From positions 32,001-96,000 of the forward strand of contig JBPOGH010000008.1 in assembly GCA_051252135.1 (NCBI GenBank): 64,000 nt of DNA, written 5' to 3'. Below, one piece after another: positions 57,622-64,000 of the stretch. Made by a program: the position numbers and the translations under genes. This stretch comes from Verrucomicrobiaceae bacterium (GTDB lineage Bacteria; Verrucomicrobiota; Verrucomicrobiia; Verrucomicrobiales; Akkermansiaceae). Below the pieces are notes generated by a model that did no database searches, was not told where the DNA came from, and saw only the letters and a program-made list of their open reading frames with translations. How positions within the stretch are numbered: position 1 is the first letter of the stretch; each line of letters starts with the position of its first letter.

Positions 57622-58739
57622 GACAACAGGCCCTCCGCCAAAGACTCCAATCCAAACTCACAACGTGCTCCCGATCCCGGAAGCGCCGGACTCCCGGCAA
57701 TTCTCCGCAACGCATCCGCAATCGTCCGCGGCTCCAAATCATCCAACACCCACCCGTTCTCACCCTCCCTCACCACCCGTCCGCACCGATCCGATACCAA
57801 AAGGGGAAGCCCGCGCGCCTCAGCCTCTAACTGCGTGATCGCAAAGCCATCGGACAAAGTCGGCAAAATAAAGACATCCGCCTCCCCATACACCGCGTCC
57901 ACCTCCGTGCGCGGAACCGGACCCAACCACCTCACCGCCGGCAGATCGGCCCACGCCGCCTCATCCAACTCGCTGGGACCGGCCAAAATCAATTCAATCG
58001 GCTCCCCCCGAAGAAGCTTCATCGCCTCCAACAACCGCCCCATTCCCTTCCGCAAGTTGATTTGCCCCAAAAAAAGAACCTTCATCTTCGCTCCTCTCGG
58101 TTTTGGACCCTCACATGCGCCCCCGCTAAACGCCAACGGCTGAACCACCACCTTCTCCCCCGCCACTCCCTCCTTCTCCAGACAAGTACGAGACCACTCC
58201 GAATTCACCAAAACGGTATCCGAAAGACTCACCTCCTCGTTCCACTCCTCCCAATACCTTTCCGGAGCCGGCGACCAACTCGAGCCCAGCCCCGGATACC
58301 GCTCATGCTCCCTCCCCACAATTCGCTCCTCCTCCGGGCCCGGATCAATCTGCCCCAGCACCGTGCGCCATCCCCGCGAACGCCCGTAGCGAAACAGCTC
58401 CCTTGCCGCATAGCTATACGAGAAAAGAGTCACCTCCCCCTCAATCTTCCGAAGCTCCTTGAGCGCCTGCCGCTGAAACAACTCATTGCGCCTCATCACT
58501 CCCTCCCAACCCTTCGGACGCAGCGCTTCAAAAGCCAGCATCCGCAAGTTTGAAGCGCTCACTTTTTCCTCCCCAAGCCCCTCGTGCCATCGCCCGCCCA
58601 ACCGCTTGACTCCGGAAAGAAGACTTCCCGGCCTTACCCAAAAATCCGTGATCAACGCCCTCAGCTCTCCCCGTCCCGCAAGCGCCCGCGGGATGGCGTA
58701 GTGCTCTCGCGCACCAATCTGACAAACCACCCAGGACAT
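57618..58739 (-). CDS. Glycosyltransferase family 4
   Basis: GAREHY, GQINLRKG, PTLSDGFAITQLEA. Confidence 0.9.
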   Translation of the reverse strand: MSWVVCQIGAREHYAIPRALAGRGELRALITDFWVRPGSLLSGVKRLGGRWHEGLGEEKVSASNLRMLAFEALRPKGWEGVMRRNELFQRQALKELRKIEGEVTLFSYSYAARELFRYGRSRGWRTVLGQIDPGPEEERIVGREHERYPGLGSSWSPAPERYWEEWNEEVSLSDTVLVNSEWSRTCLEKEGVAGEKVVVQPLAFSGGACEGPKPRGAKMKVLFLGQINLRKGMGRLLEAMKLLRGEPIELILAGPSELDEAAWADLPAVRWLGPVPRTEVDAVYGEADVFILPTLSDGFAITQLEAEARGLPLLVSDRCGRVVREGENGWVLDDLEPRTIADALRRIAGSPALPGSGARCEFGLESLAEGLLS

Positions 58740-58742
58740 CTC

Positions 58743-59855
58743 TTATTTCAACCCCAACGCTCCCGCCATCCCCAACCCAAAGTACGAAAGCAACGCCCGC
58801 TCCTTGAGAATCCGGATCGACTCCAGCCCCATCTTGCGAAGATCCTCCGCATCGGCCCGATCCAGATAACCCAGATAAATCCGCATCTCGGTCGCATTGT
58901 CCGCATTGAACACCCAACCATTCACCCCGTGCTCAACCAACTCTTCCGCCGCCCCCACATTCTGACTCGATAAAATCGGCAACCCCACCGCCATCGCCTC
59001 GTTGATCACCAGCCCCCAGGGCTCCTGCAAGGCCGGATGAATAAAGGCACTCGCCGTCGCATAGAACTTCGGCAACTCCTCCATTTGACGAAATCCGGGA
59101 AAATAAATCGTCGGCTTCCCCTCATCATCCTCCCAAGGGGCACACTCCTTGAACTGTTCCGCTAGCTCCCTCAGCTGCGCTTTCAACTCGCCATCCCCCA
59201 GCAAACAAAGGGACCACCTCTTCGACAAATCCGACACCTTGAAGGCCGCAATCAAAGCCCCCAGATTCTTCCGCTCCACAAACCGGTTCGATGCCAAAAG
59301 TACCGGGGGGCGGCTCTTCTCTTCCACCCGGAAAAAGGCCGCATTATCCACCACGTTATAACCGGGATACACTTCCTTAAGACCCAGCTTATCCAGATAC
59401 TTCGCGTGGGATCGGGCCCCCACCAACGCCGCATCAAACTGCCCCACAATCCGCTTCTTGAGCAATTCCTTCCACCACACCCTCACCCCGTCCGCCTCGC
59501 GGGTCTCGCTCATCAAAATCGCCCTCGCGCCCGCCTTCCGGCACCACTTCAGGCACGCCCGCGCATCAGGACTCGCATATCCTGCGATCGCCACCGCATC
59601 CGGCTTAAGCTCCTCAAGCGCTTGCGTCACTTTCCGCGAGATCATCCACCCAAATCGGCTCTGATAACTTCCCTCCTCAAAAACCCGCACCACCCCGGCC
59701 CCTTCACCCACCTCCCAGCCATAAACTTCATCATCCCCTGCCACCTCCAGCCCGATCACTTCCCAGCCCCGCGGCTCCAGTGCCTCCCGCGCTGACTGCA
59801 GCCGCGCATGATGATACGGTCCGTATCGTTCAAAATGGATCACCAATCGGGGCAT
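58743..59855 (-). CDS. Glycosyltransferase family 4
   Basis: GPYHHAR, RFVERKN, EPWGLVINEAMA. Confidence 0.92.
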   Translation of the reverse strand: MPRLVIHFERYGPYHHARLQSAREALEPRGWEVIGLEVAGDDEVYGWEVGEGAGVVRVFEEGSYQSRFGWMISRKVTQALEELKPDAVAIAGYASPDARACLKWCRKAGARAILMSETREADGVRVWWKELLKKRIVGQFDAALVGARSHAKYLDKLGLKEVYPGYNVVDNAAFFRVEEKSRPPVLLASNRFVERKNLGALIAAFKVSDLSKRWSLCLLGDGELKAQLRELAEQFKECAPWEDDEGKPTIYFPGFRQMEELPKFYATASAFIHPALQEPWGLVINEAMAVGLPILSSQNVGAAEELVEHGVNGWVFNADNATEMRIYLGYLDRADAEDLRKMGLESIRILKERALLSYFGLGMAGALGLK

Positions 59856-60394
59856 CAGCTTAACCAGGGGGAATAGTTGAGTTCATAGTTCAGCTCACGC
59901 GAACGCTCGCCAATCTCACGGGCCGGATTCCCCGCCACAATCGTATAAGGTCGCACATCCTTCGTCACCACCGCGCCCGATGCCACCACCGCCCCTTCAC
60001 CAATCGTAACCCCCGGCAGAACGATCGCCCGATAGCCGATCCAAACCCGGTCCCCGATACGCACCTCGCCCCCGCGGTCCGCAAAATCAGGCGACTGCGG
60101 ATCATGCCCCAGAGTCAGAATCGCCGCCTCCGGTCCGATCGAAACGTCATTCCCCGTATGAATTTCGTACTTCCTCCCATCCAGCAGAGTCCCAAAATTG
60201 ATCACGTTCCGTTCACCCAGAAACACCTTCCGTCCGTTCAGGAAACGACACGATAACTGCACTCCGCTCCCCTCCGCGAAGCGACCCAACCAGCACCGAA
60301 GATAAACCTGCCGCAACCTCCGGCTCGGCACACGCCCCACCACCGCCTGATACAACCAGGCCAGCAGGGAACCCAATGCAACGCGATGATTCAT
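59855..60394 (-). CDS. Hexapeptide-repeat acyltransferase
   Basis: [27 protein letters not shown]. Confidence 0.9.
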   Translation of the reverse strand: MNHRVALGSLLAWLYQAVVGRVPSRRLRQVYLRCWLGRFAEGSGVQLSCRFLNGRKVFLGERNVINFGTLLDGRKYEIHTGNDVSIGPEAAILTLGHDPQSPDFADRGGEVRIGDRVWIGYRAIVLPGVTIGEGAVVASGAVVTKDVRPYTIVAGNPAREIGERSRELNYELNYSPWLS

Positions 60395-61476
60395 TTAAAA
60401 GAAGTCATGATCTTACGGGCACCTTCCTGCCACGAGTTTTCCACACGATACCGTTCCCAGTCTTCCGCGGGTTGAAGTTTCTTCATCGCCATCCCAATCG
60501 CCTCAACCGAATTCGGCTCGCACCAATTCCCCAGTTGATAGCGGGCCATCGCCTCCTTCAACGGGCCGTCACCACCGGAGGCCATCACCGTCTTCCCAAA
60601 CTGCGCCGCCACATTCAGCACCCCGCTCGCCGAGCGAAACGATTCCGCATAAGTCAGCACCACCACATCACAGGCTCCAAAATAATCCGCCGCCTCCTTC
60701 TCCGGAACATGCCCGATCCTCCAGTGACACCGGTCCCCAATTCCAAGGGAATCCGCCAGACTTTGATAATCTCCCGACTGCACCTGCCCCGGAGGCGCCT
60801 CACTCCCCGCCACCAAAAGATGCCCCTCCTCTTCCCCGGCCAACGCCTCAAGCACGAGATTCAGATTCTTGTTATCGCGCAAATGACCAAACGAAAAATA
60901 AACCCTCTCCCCTTCCGGCAATCCCAACTCGGCTCTCGATTTCGTCGCCTCCGGAAATCCAAACGGCCCGTGCGGAATAACCGTGGTGGGAATCGGCAAC
61001 TCAATCTCATGATGCACAAACCCTCGGCTCAAAAACGAATACCCTTCCCTCACCGACCACTCATGCCACTTCTTCGGACCCACCACATAATCACGAACCG
61101 GATCATGCACCACTGCTGAAAAAGTCACTCCCTTCCTCCGCAAGGCCCGGAATCTCCACGCCCATAACGGAGCAAGATACTCACTGTAGGTGGCCAACAA
61201 AACCTGCGGAAACGCCCCCCCTTTCACCGCTCCGTATAGCAGATGCAGATTCCACGCGATCCCCTGCACCACCTGGAGCCGGCTCCGCCACCGCGACCCC
61301 GCCTTCCGATGGGGAAGCAGCTCCCGGCGCTGCACATACCCCTCCGCCTCATGCGGAAAATCCTGGGGACAAAGCACGGTCACTTCCGCACCCTCAGCCG
61401 CCAACACCTTCGCCTGCTCATGCGCGTAGTCCGCAATCCCTCCCACTGATGCCGCGCAATAATAAAGAAGAGTCAT
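60391..61476 (-). CDS. Glycosyltransferase (GT-B, family 4-like)
   Basis: [25 protein letters not shown]. Confidence 0.85.
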   Translation of the reverse strand: MTLLYYCAASVGGIADYAHEQAKVLAAEGAEVTVLCPQDFPHEAEGYVQRRELLPHRKAGSRWRSRLQVVQGIAWNLHLLYGAVKGGAFPQVLLATYSEYLAPLWAWRFRALRRKGVTFSAVVHDPVRDYVVGPKKWHEWSVREGYSFLSRGFVHHEIELPIPTTVIPHGPFGFPEATKSRAELGLPEGERVYFSFGHLRDNKNLNLVLEALAGEEEGHLLVAGSEAPPGQVQSGDYQSLADSLGIGDRCHWRIGHVPEKEAADYFGACDVVVLTYAESFRSASGVLNVAAQFGKTVMASGGDGPLKEAMARYQLGNWCEPNSVEAIGMAMKKLQPAEDWERYRVENSWQEGARKIMTSFK

Positions 61477-62660
61477 CGCTTCATCAACAGATCCACAAAG
61501 GCCCCGGGCGAATACGCCCGTCGCGCCGCTTCAATCCGCTCAACCGTAATTGGCGGATTCTTCGCCATCTGAAAAATCGCCTCCACCAACTCATCCGCCG
61601 ACTCATTCGCCAGCGCCATCCCAAACCCGATCTCGTTCATGCAATCCTCCACCCAGGTATCCGAAACGCAGATACAGGGAACACCCGATTGAAACGCTTC
61701 GATCGCGATCCCCGAGAGCCGGGCATGATACTGCGCCCGCCGATAGGGCAGCATCAGAACCGATGACGACTCGATCCGCCGCTCATACTCTTCCGAGCTC
61801 AATGGACGATCTAACACCTCCACCCTCGCGTCATTCTTCAGCACATCGGGAATCACCACCTCCCTCCCCTCCAGATCATAAACCTGTGCCGTCCACTGAA
61901 TCACAAATCGCCCCGGGAACTCCGGATCCATCTCCAAAACCCGCTGCACCGCTTCCAGAACCAGATCACTCCCTTTTTCAAATCGCGGCGGCCCCAGCGC
62001 CGAAAAAATCAACTCCTCTCGCGCTTCGGGAATCTTCAAATGCCCCGTCGGCCGGGGATGCGGATACGTCCGAAACGGCAACCCGCACAAGGCCTCATAC
62101 TGCTCCGCCAACTTCCGGCTATCGGAGGCCAGCTCAACCACGCCATCTCTCACCGGCTTTCCAAAACTCTTCAGCACCTTCGCCAACACCTTCGCCGACG
62201 CCCCGAACTGATACTCCTTCGTTTCCGGATCATACTCACCCGCATTGTTCCGCGTCGTCAGCACCACCTTGTGAAACCACTTCCCCGCACCCTTTGCCAC
62301 CAACCGCCGCCACGCCATCCAGTGAAAAAGAACCACCGTCGGCACCAGCACCACATCATACGCCTCCTCTTGCTTCTGAAAATACCCTGTGAGCAATTTT
62401 GCGATACTCCGGTTATGCTGCAGGATTCCCAGATACCGTCGCCACGCCGAAGGATGATTGTAAACCTGATCCCAACTCGTCACCGGAAAGAACGCCGACG
62501 CCCCAAGCTCATCCTTGAGCCCCACTTCAATGTCCCGATGCGCCAGCACCGCCACCTCATGGCCGCGCGCACGCGCCTCCTCCACAATGGCATGATTATA
62601 CTCATACCAATGCCCGTTCTGGTCGCGGAGGGCCTCCTCCACAATGAGAATTCTAGCCAT
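61473..62660 (-). CDS. Glycosyltransferase (GT-B)
   Basis: GHWYEY, LGPPRFEKG, LPY..SGIAIEA..GVP. Confidence 0.82.
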   Translation of the reverse strand: MARILIVEEALRDQNGHWYEYNHAIVEEARARGHEVAVLAHRDIEVGLKDELGASAFFPVTSWDQVYNHPSAWRRYLGILQHNRSIAKLLTGYFQKQEEAYDVVLVPTVVLFHWMAWRRLVAKGAGKWFHKVVLTTRNNAGEYDPETKEYQFGASAKVLAKVLKSFGKPVRDGVVELASDSRKLAEQYEALCGLPFRTYPHPRPTGHLKIPEAREELIFSALGPPRFEKGSDLVLEAVQRVLEMDPEFPGRFVIQWTAQVYDLEGREVVIPDVLKNDARVEVLDRPLSSEEYERRIESSSVLMLPYRRAQYHARLSGIAIEAFQSGVPCICVSDTWVEDCMNEIGFGMALANESADELVEAIFQMAKNPPITVERIEAARRAYSPGAFVDLLMKR

Positions 62661-63906
62661 CGGAACGTTGGAGGGCCGTGTGGTCGATCACCCGCACCTC
62701 GGGATGCGGCACGATCATCTTGCCCCCGTCGAGAAGGAAGTCGGCATACTTCTGCACAAAGAAATCAAGGAAGTTCCAGGAAAGAACAAGGTAGTAGTCG
62801 GGCTGCTCCTCAATCGCCTCCTCGAAGACAATCGGGATGTGCGTCCCGGGCGTATATTTCCCAATCTTGAAACGGTTCACCTCCGTCGCCAACTCCACCA
62901 GATCGGGACCGATCCCGCAGTAGTTGAGCAAGGTGCTGCCCTTCAAGGGAGCACCCAGTGCATAAATTTTCTTCCCCTCTCCGCGCAGCTCCTTGAGAAG
63001 CTTCACCAGATCATCCCGGTTCGCTTCCACCTTCCCCGTAAATTCCTGATACGTCGCCAACTCATTGACCTTTGCCTTCTCCTCTCCGGCAATCGCCGCC
63101 GCGATCGAGGGCTTGGTCTCATACGGCGAATCCTCTTTCGCCACATAAAGAGCGAACGAACCACCATGCACCGGATACATCTCCACATCGATCATCCTCA
63201 ACCCGTATTCCGCAAAGAGCCGCTGCAGCGGAATCAGATTATGCATCAAGGTGTGCTCGTGATAAAAATGATCAAATTGCAGCTTCTCAAGCACGTCCTT
63301 CATGTAGACGCACTGCGTTAAAAAGATCGAGCGGTCATGCATCACCTCCGCCAACCCCTTGATGAAACTGTGGATGTCCTCCACATGATAAAAGACCGCC
63401 GTCGCCGTGATGATATCCGGTTTCAGGTTCAGCTGCTTGATGCTCTTCGCGGTGTTCTCATCCCAAAATGTCTCACACACCGTGAGACCGCTCTCCTTCG
63501 CCAGCTTCCCGGTTCGCTGGCCGGGATCCACTCCCATCACCCGCATCCCCGCCTCCTGAAATCGCTTCAGCAAGGTCCCGTCATTCGCCCCGATGTCCAC
63601 CACCAGGCTGTTCTTCGGAAACGGAAACTTGCTCAGCGCATCGCTCACCATCTGGTCGAAGTGACTCACCACCGGCATGTTCACCCCCGTGATGTAGGGA
63701 TGATTCTCGAACATAAATTCCGCCGATGGAAACTCCTCCAGCTGCACCTGCCAACAATCGGTGCAAACCGCCATCGAAAATGGAAAGAACGGCTCGCCCT
63801 CAAAATCCTCATAGGCCGGAAAATGATTGCCGTTGGGTTGGTCACCGAGATCAATGAAGCGTTCCAGCTTCGTGCTCCGGCAGTTCATGCAGTTCGTGTT
63901 TTTCAT
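62653..63906 (-). CDS. NDP-hexose 3-C-methyltransferase-like protein
   Basis: Zn motif CMNC..CTDC, DIGANDG, FDHFYHEH, HGGS, GAPLKG, PGTHIPI, LSWNF. Confidence 0.88.
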   Translation of the reverse strand: MKNTNCMNCRSTKLERFIDLGDQPNGNHFPAYEDFEGEPFFPFSMAVCTDCWQVQLEEFPSAEFMFENHPYITGVNMPVVSHFDQMVSDALSKFPFPKNSLVVDIGANDGTLLKRFQEAGMRVMGVDPGQRTGKLAKESGLTVCETFWDENTAKSIKQLNLKPDIITATAVFYHVEDIHSFIKGLAEVMHDRSIFLTQCVYMKDVLEKLQFDHFYHEHTLMHNLIPLQRLFAEYGLRMIDVEMYPVHGGSFALYVAKEDSPYETKPSIAAAIAGEEKAKVNELATYQEFTGKVEANRDDLVKLLKELRGEGKKIYALGAPLKGSTLLNYCGIGPDLVELATEVNRFKIGKYTPGTHIPIVFEEAIEEQPDYYLVLSWNFLDFFVQKYADFLLDGGKMIVPHPEVRVIDHTALQRSDG

Positions 63907-63998
63907 TGGGATTCGTTTTGGGATTGTTGGGTCCACCAGTGCGCGGTGGAAGAAAGTGATTCGGCCAAACTCCGGCCCGGGCACCAACCGACCTCGTC
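63903..63998 (-). CDS. 3' end of probable NAD-dependent epimerase/dehydratase (truncated by window edge)
   Basis: Manual translation DEVGWCPGRSLAESLSSTAHWWTQQ..*, like the GW.P..SL...L..T..W tail; stop overlaps next ATG. Confidence 0.6.
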   Translation of the reverse strand, partial: DEVGWCPGRSLAESLSSTAHWWTQQSQNESQ

Positions 63999-64000
63999 GC

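Overview
Chromosomal window from a GC-rich bacterium, most likely Verrucomicrobiota (inferred from PEP-CTERM proteins, PVC-type CxxCH heme-binding dehydrogenases, a planctomycete-type cytochrome c, DUF1080, a sulfatase and an ECF sigma/Ser-Thr kinase pair). It holds about 55 genes. In order: the 3' part of pyrC; a complete eukaryote-like protein arginine methyltransferase (PRMT1-like); a C25 peptidase lipoprotein; a cytochrome/beta-propeller cluster; a REP-flanked truncated IS200/RAYT transposase; a ~9.7 kb compositionally foreign island (ECF sigma, kinase-WD40, PEP-CTERM protein, large surface protein, atypical Lnt) whose right edge is a decayed duplicate of the gene on its left; a YtrA/GntR-ABC operon; nhaA; DsbD; sulfatase; PhoD and an EEP-PhoD fusion; an MFS transporter behind a leader-peptide attenuator; an OxyR-like LysR; a MITE pair; a PLD-family protein; and the distal end of a surface-polysaccharide locus. 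The backbone shows extreme strand asymmetry (C/A-rich plus strand whatever the gene direction). No rRNA, tRNA or CRISPR array was seen. All calls come from motif reading by eye; no database search was run.
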